Origin: a virus
Lineage: Duplodnaviria > Caudoviricetes
Virus record (IMG/VR): IMGVR_UViG_3300033073_001332
Span: 1-64,000 of that record
Strand: one strand, 5' to 3'
DNA length: 64,000 nt
Below the pieces are notes generated by a model. The model did not search any database, was not told the DNA's origin, and saw only the letters and a program-made list of their open reading frames with translations. Below, one piece after another: positions 9,467 to 19,905 of this stretch. Within the stretch, counting starts at the first letter, position 1, and the number at the start of each line of letters is the position of its first letter. A program made the translations under genes and the position numbers.

Positions 9467-9751
9467 ATGGAAAATTTAGACACATTAGACTTACAAGAAA
9501 TCAAACAACTTTGTAAAAAGTACGGTATTGGAACCGTTGGTGATAAGAAATCTCTTATTAAGAAGTTAAAATATTTTTTGGACCCAGTTCAAGATACGTT
9601 GAACACTCATACGGGTAGAAAAATACCAAAAGAAAAAGAAATTGTAGGAGTTCCTGTTAACTCTACTGAAAAAATTAATGCCGTTTTGAAAAAAAAGGGT
9701 CAGTTTCTTTATTATTCATTGGGGTATCAATACTACATGGTAAATAAATAA
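9467..9751 (+). CDS. SAP-like domain protein
   Basis: LQEIKQLCKKYGIGTVGDKKSLIKKL resembles a SAP/HeH motif; TATATTTG box at 9454. Confidence 0.6.
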   Translation: MENLDTLDLQEIKQLCKKYGIGTVGDKKSLIKKLKYFLDPVQDTLNTHTGRKIPKEKEIVGVPVNSTEKINAVLKKKGQFLYYSLGYQYYMVNK

Positions 9752-9781
9752 AAAATAACAAGTATTTATATATAAAAAACT

Positions 9782-10165
9782 ATGGACAAGAATATTAAAA
9801 ACGAGATTAATGAAATGAAATATCTTTTTGGGTATCAAAGAGGTGTTGTTATTTCAGAACAAAAAGAAGTACCAATGGAAGAAGATATCGATACAGACGT
9901 TGTTGGTGTTGTGGATGATGTTGATTATGACGAAGATGGTGATGATGTTAGTTTAGACGATATCGAAATGTCTGGTCGTGAAGTACAAATTCCTGTTAAA
10001 CCCGATGTTGATACACCAACTAAACCATCTAAACCCGGTACACCATATAGACCAAAACCAGGACCAAAGAAAAATCCTAAAGCGGGTCACGATGATGTAA
10101 TGGACGTTGATATGCCAAATTGGTTATCATTTGATGAACTTGGATTAAACTTTGACGAAGAATAA
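9782..10165 (+). CDS. acidic/Pro-Lys-rich protein with leader
   Basis: NIKNEINEMKYLFGY..VISE; TATTTATA at 9763. Confidence 0.75.
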   Translation: MDKNIKNEINEMKYLFGYQRGVVISEQKEVPMEEDIDTDVVGVVDDVDYDEDGDDVSLDDIEMSGREVQIPVKPDVDTPTKPSKPGTPYRPKPGPKKNPKAGHDDVMDVDMPNWLSFDELGLNFDEE

Positions 10166-11439
10166 TGAAAAACTTAATAGAACAAAGAGACCACTTAAGA
10201 GCTAAGTTGGTAATGGAGGGGTTAACGGAAAAAGAAATGAACCGTTTAGCATTAATCAATTCTAAATTGAATGAAGCTCCTATTGATTATGAAGGACCTG
10301 AAAGAATGGAACCAGGGATTGAAAGAAAAATCACAAGAAAAGAAACTCCGTATCACAACTTTCCTGCAATTCCAAAAATGGATAGAGACTTTATTGAACT
10401 TATTTCTTCAAAAAGATTTAAGGATTCAGTAGATAAGGTAAGAAGATACATGGGAGGTACTGAAGTTATTCAAGGAGGTAACCCACTTATGCAATTGATG
10501 ATGACCGTTGGTCAGGCAATGCAACAAATCATTGGAATCCAAATGAGACACAAAGAAGATTTGGAGCAACTCGCAATCAAACTTGTAAAAGATGAAATGG
10601 GCATTCCTGATGATGCAATGCAATTCAAAGCTGAACTTGTAATGCAACCTATGGGTGCTGCTGAAGGGATGCAAGGAGAGGCTGAACTACCAAGTGAAGA
10701 AGAAGTTGAGGAGTTTATGGGTGACATGGAGACATTTAATTTAGAAAGGTCCAAAAGAAGATTCATCAATTCACTTATTCAAGGTGCAGCATTTAAGGGT
10801 GGTCACATGTACGTATTAGTTTCAAACGAACTTAATGATATGGACCCAAGATTGTTAAATCTTTACGGTGTATCACAATCGTTAATGGAACATGCGTATT
10901 GGATTTTCCCTGACATGGAACAAATGGCTGGCGGTGGCGGTGGTCAAATGGGACAATCAGAAGTTGATGAAGAAACTGACCCACCTACAGTAAAGGCTAA
11001 GGCGGTTACATTCCCATTATTAGTTCACGAATTGGTTAAAGGTGTGTATGAAATCTTTGGAACACATGGTTTACCCGATGACCCAAGACAACAAGAAATG
11101 ATTTTGAATGCTGAAGATACTTTACCTGCTGAAATTTGGGATTCTCGTTTGGGTCCAATCTTTTGGGAGAAGTTTATGGCTACATATCCTATGGAATTAT
11201 TCGATGAAGATAAAAAACACATTCAACACTACTTGTTTATGCGTTTTTCAGCACTTGATGCTAAAGAATTCTTCAGAGTTGCTAATCTTATCTTAGCCGG
11301 TGACCCTAAAGGAAACAAATACATTCAAGATATGGTTGACGACATTGTACGTGAACTTAAAAAAGAAGAATATAGACAAGCACTTCCAAATGAAGATGAT
11401 GATAACCTTGATGATATTGATATATCAGGCTTATTTTAA
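10165..11439 (+). CDS. hypothetical phage protein
   Basis: 424-aa ORF coupled to the upstream gene; no family recognised. Confidence 0.8.
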   Translation: MKNLIEQRDHLRAKLVMEGLTEKEMNRLALINSKLNEAPIDYEGPERMEPGIERKITRKETPYHNFPAIPKMDRDFIELISSKRFKDSVDKVRRYMGGTEVIQGGNPLMQLMMTVGQAMQQIIGIQMRHKEDLEQLAIKLVKDEMGIPDDAMQFKAELVMQPMGAAEGMQGEAELPSEEEVEEFMGDMETFNLERSKRRFINSLIQGAAFKGGHMYVLVSNELNDMDPRLLNLYGVSQSLMEHAYWIFPDMEQMAGGGGGQMGQSEVDEETDPPTVKAKAVTFPLLVHELVKGVYEIFGTHGLPDDPRQQEMILNAEDTLPAEIWDSRLGPIFWEKFMATYPMELFDEDKKHIQHYLFMRFSALDAKEFFRVANLILAGDPKGNKYIQDMVDDIVRELKKEEYRQALPNEDDDNLDDIDISGLF

Positions 11440-11452
11440 TTATTAAAAAACT

Positions 11453-11746
11453 ATGAAAACAAAAATTACAGAATCAGACATCAATAGAATTGTTAATCGT
11501 GTGATTAACGAAGACGCGGAAGGTAAAGAATTAAGATTTGGAGTTGCCTTTAATAAACAAACTGAATTGGTTGATGATGTAATCAACAGAATCAAAGAGT
11601 ATGGTGATGAATATACAAGAGCACTTAATAAATTAAACTTTGATTTCCCAACTGAAAAATATAAAAGGGTTGAAAGACCAAGAAGAGATAATTTTGAATT
11701 ACCAAAAGGAGTTAGAGTTCAAAGTAGTGTGTTTGGTGATGAATAA
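11453..11746 (+). CDS. hypothetical protein with ITES-type leader
   Basis: MKTKITESDINRIVNRVINE. Confidence 0.75.
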   Translation: MKTKITESDINRIVNRVINEDAEGKELRFGVAFNKQTELVDDVINRIKEYGDEYTRALNKLNFDFPTEKYKRVERPRRDNFELPKGVRVQSSVFGDE

Positions 11747-11751
11747 TTCCT

Positions 11752-12408
11752 ATGGATACTGACAAAATATTAGAATTATTCAAAAAATATGCGGGAGACA
11801 AGATTAATTTGTATGGATTAATCGTGACTCCCGTTTTAATTGAGCCAAGTTTCCAAATTAGAAACGCATATAATATATTTTTTGATATAGAAAATCCAAA
11901 TAACGTATCTTACTTTACTGAAATTGTAGTAAACGAGATAGATGATGACGTAGAGACGTTTCAGACAATAATTAACGAACGTTTATTTGTTTTACTTTCC
12001 CCAAAAACAAAAAAAGGTATTTTTTTCAATAAAGAACTACAACAAAAAATTCAAAATGTATTTGATTCTGTCAAAACTATAAAATTTGTCACAGGAACGC
12101 CATTTATTGGTTACCAAAGGTACGAAATACAAATAGAATCTATTGGTCACAAGGCGCATGCGTATGACAATGAAAGCCTATACATTTATAATAATGTAAA
12201 ACCAATCAAAGCAACCAAAAATGGTGAAGAAATAGATACACAAGAAGCAATTTATAAATATGTCGACGAATTTTTACCAAATGTTGAAACTTATTGGGAA
12301 ACAGAAAATTTATATAGCCCAATTGACTATATTTTAAACGATTATCCCTTATTAACTGACAGATGGGGTCACATCGCCGGTTATTACGACACAAAATTTA
12401 TCCAATAA
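11752..12408 (+). CDS. hypothetical protein
   Basis: 218-aa ORF. Confidence 0.7.
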   Translation: MDTDKILELFKKYAGDKINLYGLIVTPVLIEPSFQIRNAYNIFFDIENPNNVSYFTEIVVNEIDDDVETFQTIINERLFVLLSPKTKKGIFFNKELQQKIQNVFDSVKTIKFVTGTPFIGYQRYEIQIESIGHKAHAYDNESLYIYNNVKPIKATKNGEEIDTQEAIYKYVDEFLPNVETYWETENLYSPIDYILNDYPLLTDRWGHIAGYYDTKFIQ

Positions 12409-13672
12409 CTGATTTACTACGTTTTTTTCTGTGAAATGTAATAACAAATCGGTGAACCTCATCCTGAATTGTTGCAAGTAAGTTAAAAAACTTCTTATTT
12501 TCAAATTTTACACTATTTCCATCAGTAAAATGTATCATATCTGACCTGTGCTGTGAGTTTTTGGATATAGATAGTAAATCTATACGGTTAGATAGTGAAA
12601 GTTCGTCAAATACTCTCTTTGCTATACCTAATTGACCTTTACCCCCATCAATAATAACCATATCAGGTAGTTTTTTACGTTCTTTGAGTAATCTTGTAAA
12701 CCTTCTACGTAAAACCTCATCAAATGATGCGTAATCATCAGGACCAACAACGGTTTTGATGTTGAATTTACGGTATTCTGATGTGTTTTTCTTACCATTT
12801 GTGTATCTAACAAGGGCAGATACCTGACAATCCCCATTTGTATGGGAGTTATCATACATTTCTATGTCAATTGGGGTGTTTTGTAGACCAAAAGTAGTTT
12901 TGAACTCATCAGCAATCACCAAATAACCACCAATTCTTGCTGATTCCACACATTTTTCATACTTATCGAGGGAATTTAGTCGAAATTTGATGGTATTTGC
13001 CTTTTCAAACTCCATAATCTTACTAAATGCGTTCATTTTACGGGTCAATTTACCACGTAATTGGTCAAAATTGAATGAAACTACCTGTTTTAGGTCTAAA
13101 ATAACCTCACGATAGACAAATTTATTGATATTTGATACACATGGGGCGTCACATCTACCCATATGGGACTCTAAACACACTTTGAACTTGTTATTTTCAA
13201 TGTTTTCAGGTGTTAATTCATAAGAACATGACCGTAAATTAAAAATATCATGTAATAAATCATACATTTCATGGCATAAACTACTACTTGGGACCTCAAT
13301 TAGGGGGTTTGAGTCCAAATTAGTGTCATTTTTTACCTCTAAACGTGGAAAATCATCATTTGTAAGGGTTAAATACCACTTTTTTGACCTATCATCCTTC
13401 AATTTGATGTTAAATTTAGGATTATGAGTCTTAATTAGGTCATTTTCTAAGATAAGAGCTGAATTTTCGTCTAAAGTGGTTAAAAAATCAACATCTACTA
13501 TGTTTTCTACCAATAATTTGGTCTTACTTGAATGATTTTTGTTAGAAAAGTACGATTTTACCCTATTTGGGAGGTATTTTGCCTTACCAATATAGATAAT
13601 TTGACCTTTTTTATCTTTAAAAAGGTAACAACCACTACTTTTTGGGATATTTTGGAGCTTTTCTACTAACAT
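12398..13672 (-). CDS. uvrC: UvrC-like excinuclease lacking the C-terminal HhH domain
   Basis: GCYLF..IYIGKAK..RVKSYF GIY-YIG domain, Cys cluster, MEFEKA UVR motif, DNSH/DDYAS/IIDGGKGQL/DEVHRF RNase H-like domain. Confidence 0.88.
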   Translation of the reverse strand: MLVEKLQNIPKSSGCYLFKDKKGQIIYIGKAKYLPNRVKSYFSNKNHSSKTKLLVENIVDVDFLTTLDENSALILENDLIKTHNPKFNIKLKDDRSKKWYLTLTNDDFPRLEVKNDTNLDSNPLIEVPSSSLCHEMYDLLHDIFNLRSCSYELTPENIENNKFKVCLESHMGRCDAPCVSNINKFVYREVILDLKQVVSFNFDQLRGKLTRKMNAFSKIMEFEKANTIKFRLNSLDKYEKCVESARIGGYLVIADEFKTTFGLQNTPIDIEMYDNSHTNGDCQVSALVRYTNGKKNTSEYRKFNIKTVVGPDDYASFDEVLRRRFTRLLKERKKLPDMVIIDGGKGQLGIAKRVFDELSLSNRIDLLSISKNSQHRSDMIHFTDGNSVKFENKKFFNLLATIQDEVHRFVITFHRKKRSKSVIG

Positions 13673-13677
13673 TTATA

Positions 13678-13708
13678 CAAATATAACGATTTATGTGTCA
13701 AATTACAA
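13678..13708 (-). promoter_or_regulatory. Bacteroidota-type promoter for the uvrC-like gene
   Basis: TATATTTG on the minus strand with TTG 20 nt upstream. Confidence 0.55.
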
Positions 13709-13729
13709 CAAAAACAGGTATTTATTGGT

Positions 13730-14281
13730 ATGAAAATCATAATTACAGAGTCACAATACCGTTTTTTGGTCGAAAATACCCAAGAAATCGACCAAATATT
13801 GGATAAAATGAGTGAAATTGGGTACGAAAACCTTGAAAATGAGGAAAAAATGACCCTAAATGCCTATTCTGAGTGGTTAAATAGTGGAAAAAAGGGTGAA
13901 TTTACCCCCCAAAATACCCCTAAAAACACCAATTTTGATGATAAATCAGGTGAAAAATGGACCAGAACACTACAGGATGGAAGTCAATTTACGTTCCAAT
14001 TTGACTATGAAGAAATAGAAGAAGACGTAGAATTATACTTTGGTGTTGTATCTTGGGGTGGAACTGAATGGGTAGGTTGTATTGTTGCTGAAAAAGATGG
14101 TTCTTTAGCTCTTTTAGACTTTGTTGAAGATACTGGTGATTATGAAACTTATGACAATGCACAAATAACCTCTAAATTCCAACCAAAAGAACATAAATAC
14201 CTTTATAATGAACTTGGTAAATTACAAGATGAGGTTGATTATTATGTTGAAGAGGTAATTATTCCTGAGTTAATGGATTAA
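13730..14281 (+). CDS. hypothetical protein with ITES-type leader
   Basis: MKIIITESQYRFLVE; TATTTATT at 13719. Confidence 0.78.
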   Translation: MKIIITESQYRFLVENTQEIDQILDKMSEIGYENLENEEKMTLNAYSEWLNSGKKGEFTPQNTPKNTNFDDKSGEKWTRTLQDGSQFTFQFDYEEIEEDVELYFGVVSWGGTEWVGCIVAEKDGSLALLDFVEDTGDYETYDNAQITSKFQPKEHKYLYNELGKLQDEVDYYVEEVIIPELMD

Positions 14282-14881
14282 ATCGTTGGATTTCAAATAA
14301 TCAAACATAGATTTAGCTAACTTTTCACCAAATTTTATATCTGATGGGTAATGTGCTTTTGCCATTTGACGTGAATTTGTAATATCTTTACAAATCTTAT
14401 TAAAATCTTTTTTGTATTCGGGATATAATTCACTTAAAACTAAACATAGAAGGTTAGATGTTGTTGAGTGACCTGAAGGGTATGCAAAACCCTCCATTGA
14501 ATCTAACATGGTATCAGTTAAGGATGAGTCTAATCTAAATGGTCTTGGTCTTTTGTAAAAGGATTTCAAATCTAAAACGATGTAATATAAATCATCGTAA
14601 ACTTTTTTTAAGAACTTTTTATCGTATTTGACTTTCTTCTCATCTAAAAACTTCAAAAAGTTTCCCAACATATCATCTTTTTCTTGAATAAACAATTTAT
14701 CTAACTTGATTGACTTTAGATAATCTAATTCTTTTTTGGTTTGGAGGCTATTATCGGAAGGGGGTGGAACGTCCTTGAATTCTGAATAATCAAACCCATA
14801 GAATAGATTATTCTTTGATAACTTTGACTCATTCAAAGACATTAATTTTTTAATTTTCAAAATTTCTTCTAGTAATAACAT
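14270..14881 (-). CDS. PAP2 / class A acid phosphatase family protein with leader
   Basis: KxxxxRPRP, YPSGH and SRxxxxxHYPSD catalytic motifs; leader LLEEILKIKKLMSLNE. Confidence 0.85.
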   Translation of the reverse strand: MLLLEEILKIKKLMSLNESKLSKNNLFYGFDYSEFKDVPPPSDNSLQTKKELDYLKSIKLDKLFIQEKDDMLGNFLKFLDEKKVKYDKKFLKKVYDDLYYIVLDLKSFYKRPRPFRLDSSLTDTMLDSMEGFAYPSGHSTTSNLLCLVLSELYPEYKKDFNKICKDITNSRQMAKAHYPSDIKFGEKLAKSMFDYLKSNDLIH

Positions 14882-14948
14882 ATTTATAAATATAAATAAT
14901 ACTAGACTAAGCAGCAAGCCTAGAATAAATAACTAGAACTAGACTAGA

Positions 14949-15419
14949 ATGATTACTAAAAAGCAACTATTAAATAGAAAATTTGATTCATATTCTTTTT
15001 TGAATGAAGAAGAGGAAGACACAAAAGATGTAAAAAAAGAACAAGAAACTAATAACGGAGATTTCGCAGAAATGATGTCTTTATTACTTCACTCAAGAAC
15101 TCAAGCTCATACATTACATTTACAAACTGAATCATATCCTGAGCACATGGCTCTTAATGGTTTTTATACTGAGATTGGAGATTTAGTAGACGGACTTATA
15201 GAATCATATCAAGGAAAATATGGTATCATAAAAGGATATAAAAGTATGGACCTACAAGAATGGAAAAGTACTGATGATACCGTAAAATATATGAATGGTT
15301 TGTGTGAGAAGATTGAAGAATTAAGAGATTGTTGTAAAGACTCTTATATTCAAAACCAAATCGATACGGTTTGTGAGTTAATTAACTCAACAACTTATAA
15401 GTTAAGATTCTTAAAGTAA
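14949..15419 (+). CDS. ferritin/Dps-like four-helix protein (DUF5856-like)
   Basis: QAHTLHLQT..HMALNGFY..DGLIESYQG..YKLRFL pattern. Confidence 0.7.
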   Translation: MITKKQLLNRKFDSYSFLNEEEEDTKDVKKEQETNNGDFAEMMSLLLHSRTQAHTLHLQTESYPEHMALNGFYTEIGDLVDGLIESYQGKYGIIKGYKSMDLQEWKSTDDTVKYMNGLCEKIEELRDCCKDSYIQNQIDTVCELINSTTYKLRFLK

Positions 15420-16034
15420 TCTTCCGTAACCCAAAAAGTGTTTTTTGTAAAATCTGTGACTTAAAAAATCTTTTACAATCTCAACACCTTTTGATGTTGA
15501 TGAATGTATCATATCTATTTTTCCTTTAGATGGAATGTCATAGACTAAACCTACGTGACTAGCAACTCCATCCCCTAATGCTTTTTGCGTGTTCTCAAAG
15601 AAAATTAAATCACCTTTCTTTAAATCGTTTTCTGTGATTTTTTCAGATTTTTCATATTGTAGTTTTGCGGTTCTTGGAATACTTATCCCATTCTTCTTAT
15701 AAAACGCATATGCGAATCCACTACAATCATATCCACCTTCAGACATACTCTCACCTCCCCAGCAATATTTAACACCTAATGATGTTTTTGCATCAGAAAC
15801 AATTTTATCTCTCAGTGATGATTCTTCAGTACTAATTTCTGTTTCTGGTACATTTAAGGATTCAACATCTGAAACGGTTTTTAAATCTTTTGGTATTGAT
15901 TGATTTTTTGTAAAGTCATAACCTGAGGTGTCACCAATACGTTCACCCGAACTAGTTTTAGTTGATGGGAAGTATCTACCATACCCCTGCTCCTCAATTT
16001 CTTCTTTTAATATGTTTAATAAAGACAAACGCAT
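15411..16034 (-). CDS. NlpC/P60 cell-wall peptidase with leader
   Basis: YCWGG..YDCSGF, IPRTA, GDLIFF, HVG, IHS motifs; TATTTATA upstream on the minus strand. Confidence 0.9.
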   Translation of the reverse strand: MRLSLLNILKEEIEEQGYGRYFPSTKTSSGERIGDTSGYDFTKNQSIPKDLKTVSDVESLNVPETEISTEESSLRDKIVSDAKTSLGVKYCWGGESMSEGGYDCSGFAYAFYKKNGISIPRTAKLQYEKSEKITENDLKKGDLIFFENTQKALGDGVASHVGLVYDIPSKGKIDMIHSSTSKGVEIVKDFLSHRFYKKHFLGYGRLL

Positions 16035-16133
16035 ATGATATAAATATCAATGAAAGTTAATTTAGGGTGAATATTCATTTGCATTAACACAACCATGTAT
16101 TGTTAATGTCGTTTTTATATTTATTATTATACT

Positions 16134-18368
16134 ATGAAAAATTTAATACTATTCTTATTACTTATAAGTTCTTATACCTTTGGACAATATTGCCCATCTT
16201 TAGGTCCCGACCAAATCCTTCCGTGTGGAATAGGAAGTACAACATTAACTGCAGACCTTAGTCAGTGTGGTCCCGGTGGACCGAACCCAAATCAGACAAC
16301 AAACTACAATGTGTCAAACATCCCTTATATTAATCAAACAAATACGGGGAATCAGTTGTTTATGGGTGACGATACACAACAAGGACCATTTAACATAGGA
16401 TTCACCTTCTGTTATTTTGGTCAAACATATAATCAATTTTGGGTTGGTTCGAATGGGTGGATTTCATTTTCAGCGGGACAACCAACAACATTTACTTCAG
16501 CCGCGATTCCAAACGCGGGTTTTGCAATTCCAAAAAATTGTATCATGGGTCCGTGGCAAGATTGGCATCCTGGTCTTGGTGGACAAATTAGATATCAAGT
16601 ACAAGGGGTTGCTCCTTGTAGAAAATTGGTTGTTAGTTGGATTGGAGTGCCTATGTTCGGGTGTATTCAAACAACAGGTACATTTCATATTGTAATTTAC
16701 GAATCTACGAATGTTATTGAAAATCATATTCAGTCCAAACAATTTTGTAATTGGGCAAACGGAACGGCTGTACAAGGTATACATAATTTACCAGGAAATG
16801 TTGGTATAGTAGTACCCGGTAGAAACTCAACTCAATGGATTGCAAATAATGACGCATATAGATGGACTCCATCAGGACCTGTTGTCACACCTACTTTAAC
16901 TTGGTATCAAGTTGGTAATCCTAATCCAATTGGTACAGGTCCGACTATTAATGTCACCCCACCACAACAAGGTGCATATTATACTTGTCATTTAGTCTAC
17001 CCCACTTGTAATGCGGGTTGGAGTACATGTAATATAGGACAAGGAGGTAATTTAGGTCCTGATACGGTATTTGTTTTACCTGGACCACCAAACCTACCAC
17101 AACCAATTATTAATTTTGGAAACCCAACCTGTTATCAATATTGTGATGGTTTTGTTGATATAATCACACAAGGGGGTAATGGAGTTCAGACAATTTCTTG
17201 GAATGGTCTATTACCTAATAACTTCTTAAATGTTGGTTTATGTCAGGGGAATTATCCGTTTACTATTACTGATGCGTTAGGTTGTACGGTTTCTGGTGTT
17301 GTTAATTTAGTTGACCCACCACAAGTAACCATTACCCCTATCACAGGTTCAGACACCGTTTGTTACAATTCCACATTGAATCCATATAATGTGGGAAGTG
17401 TGTTCCCTAATTTAATTTATAATTGGAGTACAACATTAGGAAATATCACATTTGGTCAAGGTAGTCAACAAATTAATTTAGATGTTACTGGTGAGAATAG
17501 TGGTTTTTATAATAATACCCTATCGGTATATGGTGAAGACCAATTTGGATGCATTAGTCAACCACAATATTTTTCTATTGTAGATTTTAATTTATTACCT
17601 CAAATTACTCCGATTGGTCCTTTTTGTGAATATGACGGTTGTACACCGCTTATAGGTGTTCCAGTAGGTGGTACGTTTAGTGGCAATAATGTTTGGGTTA
17701 ATGATTATTGTCCTGATAATGGTTTTATCGGTTTAGATAATGTAAACTACCAAGTCACAGAATCTGGATGTTGGTTTGATACAACTATAAATGTTCAAGT
17801 GTATTCAAGACCTATAATAATTCCTGTGGTTGATGGTAGAGTTGGAGCATCAAGTGAATACCACGAAATATGTGAAGGAGACACAATACAAGATGTATAT
17901 GAAGGTCAATCACCAAATGGTGGTTACAATGAATGGTATGTATTAGGTGATACCCTACAAGGACCTACAATTACCGTTACTTGGGACCAAGATGGTGTTT
18001 TCACTTTTGACGTTGTAAGATGGGAAAATGGATGTGTGTCACAACCTGAAACATTTACGGTAACTTTGGATTTATGTCCTGATGAATTAATTTATATACC
18101 TAATTCATTCACACCAGATGATAACGAACATAACCAATACTTTGCACCTGTAATAACATCGGGTGTAGACTTATATCAATATCACATGATAATATACAAC
18201 AGATGGGGCGAACCTGTTTGGGAAACGTATGACACCAAATCAAAATGGGACGGAACATATAATAACTTAAAATGTCCTGATGGTATGTACACTTGGGTTA
18301 TGACGTTTGGGTCACCAAAAACAGATGAAGTCAAAGAATATCATGGTTATATTCAAATCCTGAGATAA
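16134..18368 (+). CDS. secreted protein with T9SS type-B (gliding-motility/CHU_C) C-terminal sorting domain
   Basis: Signal peptide; SprB-like GNYPFTITDALGC; C-terminal YIPNSFTPD..YNRWGE..WDGTYN..GMYTW. Confidence 0.85.
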   Translation: MKNLILFLLLISSYTFGQYCPSLGPDQILPCGIGSTTLTADLSQCGPGGPNPNQTTNYNVSNIPYINQTNTGNQLFMGDDTQQGPFNIGFTFCYFGQTYNQFWVGSNGWISFSAGQPTTFTSAAIPNAGFAIPKNCIMGPWQDWHPGLGGQIRYQVQGVAPCRKLVVSWIGVPMFGCIQTTGTFHIVIYESTNVIENHIQSKQFCNWANGTAVQGIHNLPGNVGIVVPGRNSTQWIANNDAYRWTPSGPVVTPTLTWYQVGNPNPIGTGPTINVTPPQQGAYYTCHLVYPTCNAGWSTCNIGQGGNLGPDTVFVLPGPPNLPQPIINFGNPTCYQYCDGFVDIITQGGNGVQTISWNGLLPNNFLNVGLCQGNYPFTITDALGCTVSGVVNLVDPPQVTITPITGSDTVCYNSTLNPYNVGSVFPNLIYNWSTTLGNITFGQGSQQINLDVTGENSGFYNNTLSVYGEDQFGCISQPQYFSIVDFNLLPQITPIGPFCEYDGCTPLIGVPVGGTFSGNNVWVNDYCPDNGFIGLDNVNYQVTESGCWFDTTINVQVYSRPIIIPVVDGRVGASSEYHEICEGDTIQDVYEGQSPNGGYNEWYVLGDTLQGPTITVTWDQDGVFTFDVVRWENGCVSQPETFTVTLDLCPDELIYIPNSFTPDDNEHNQYFAPVITSGVDLYQYHMIIYNRWGEPVWETYDTKSKWDGTYNNLKCPDGMYTWVMTFGSPKTDEVKEYHGYIQILR

Positions 18369-18404
18369 TTTATTATTATTCTTTTGTACAAACTATTTAT
18401 AGTT

Positions 18405-19085
18405 ATGAAAAAAGGATTAAACCCTAAGCTCGAGCCTGGCGATAGAATTATTCTTGTCCATATGGAGGGAGAAGATGTTGGTGCAGGTACAAAGGGAAAG
18501 GTAATCAAAATAGAAAAAACCCCTTCTTTTGGTAATTCACCTGATTATCAATACCGTGTTGAATGGTTTGACGACGAAGGTAAAGTAATAAGTACACTCG
18601 CATTATTACCAGATGTTGATGGGTGGATTATTGACGAAGAAGAAAAGGAAAATATCCAAGAAATAAATTTCAGAAGTCTTGATGATTTGATTTCGAAGGG
18701 TGATTTTTTAGCGTGTTTTTCAAAAAGAGATTTAGATGAAATTTATAAGTTTTTAGAACTTGAAAGACAGATTGGTTCGCACAACATGGCAATGGAAGGT
18801 GGTAAGTTTTTATTGATGGGTCCTGACTACATACGAGATTTTTTCAAATTACAAAGTTACCACAGAACCCCTGACGAAGATAAGCAGATACTTATAGATA
18901 AACTTATAGACCGAGCTCAAGATATGTATGATTTGTTTGTAAGAGCATCCATCAAATATCTTGAAAATAAGGATAGTGAAATTACTATACCTGCAGTTCA
19001 AAGAACTATGCGTAGGTTAGCAACAACCGCTAAACAATTTTGGATGTTTGGTGGACATAAATTTTTAAATAAAGAAATAGAATGA
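18405..19085 (+). CDS. hypothetical protein (SH3-like N-terminus possible)
   Basis: TATTTATA at 18394; PGDRIILVHM..GTKGKV..YRVEW. Confidence 0.7.
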   Translation: MKKGLNPKLEPGDRIILVHMEGEDVGAGTKGKVIKIEKTPSFGNSPDYQYRVEWFDDEGKVISTLALLPDVDGWIIDEEEKENIQEINFRSLDDLISKGDFLACFSKRDLDEIYKFLELERQIGSHNMAMEGGKFLLMGPDYIRDFFKLQSYHRTPDEDKQILIDKLIDRAQDMYDLFVRASIKYLENKDSEITIPAVQRTMRRLATTAKQFWMFGGHKFLNKEIE

Positions 19086-19588
19086 GAGGATTTTCAGTAA
19101 TGTCTGACGAAGAAAGACAATCAATTTTAAAACAACATTCAACACCATATGATGGTTATGCTACAGGAAATGTTCAATCAAACATGACACCATTAACGGT
19201 ATATGATGCAGCAGGAGACAAATTAGGGGTAACCGTAGATAATCAAGGTAATGTAAAAGAGTACACAAATCATAATGTTAATGAGAGTGTAAATGAAATA
19301 ACGGCAAAACCTTTGAATTACGATGAGATTGAACCGGCTTATGAGTTTGAGTCTGATGGACCACAACAATCAATGACACAGATGGGTATGGGTAAAAAAC
19401 CATATGATTTTGTTTCGAAAGGACCATCTGATGTTTATGAAGATGAGTTAGAAGGTGGTGTTTACGATGACATCGACTTTGACGAACTTGTAAACGATGA
19501 CGAAGAATTACAACAACAGAGAGACCAAATAGAGGAGAGTGTAATCAAATCATTGGATATGTTTAAAAGATTTCAAAAATATAATTAA
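19082..19588 (+). CDS. acidic hypothetical protein
   Basis: ATGA overlap; leader-like EERQSILKQH. Confidence 0.75.
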   Translation: MRGFSVMSDEERQSILKQHSTPYDGYATGNVQSNMTPLTVYDAAGDKLGVTVDNQGNVKEYTNHNVNESVNEITAKPLNYDEIEPAYEFESDGPQQSMTQMGMGKKPYDFVSKGPSDVYEDELEGGVYDDIDFDELVNDDEELQQQRDQIEESVIKSLDMFKRFQKYN

Positions 19589-19905
19589 TGGAAGTTGTTG
19601 AAATAATATCACATTATATTGATAAAAATCAAAACATCATCAACATTGAATTTAAATTAATGGGGGATGATGATGATATAGTAAGAGAAGATATTATTGA
19701 ATATAATTTTTTTGAGGAGTTTGGTTACGACAATAAAAAACCATATGAAATGTTTGAGTCATTCATTAATGAAGATGATGACGAAGACGAATGGGAATTA
19801 GATGAGGATGTGGATTATATTGATGACGAAGATGTATTAATATCTTTTTTAAATGAATACTACATTGTTTACCCTAAAAAATTACCAAAAGGACAAATTA
19901 AATGA
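19588..19905 (+). CDS. very acidic hypothetical protein
   Basis: Coupled ORF. Confidence 0.7.
   Translation: MEVVEIISHYIDKNQNIINIEFKLMGDDDDIVREDIIEYNFFEEFGYDNKKPYEMFESFINEDDDEDEWELDEDVDYIDDEDVLISFLNEYYIVYPKKLPKGQIK

Noticed and set aside
10077-11296. Short antisense or overlapping ORFs here and within the large genes at 23636, 55247 and 61846
   Set aside because: Fully nested in longer well-formed genes, with no motifs or expression signals
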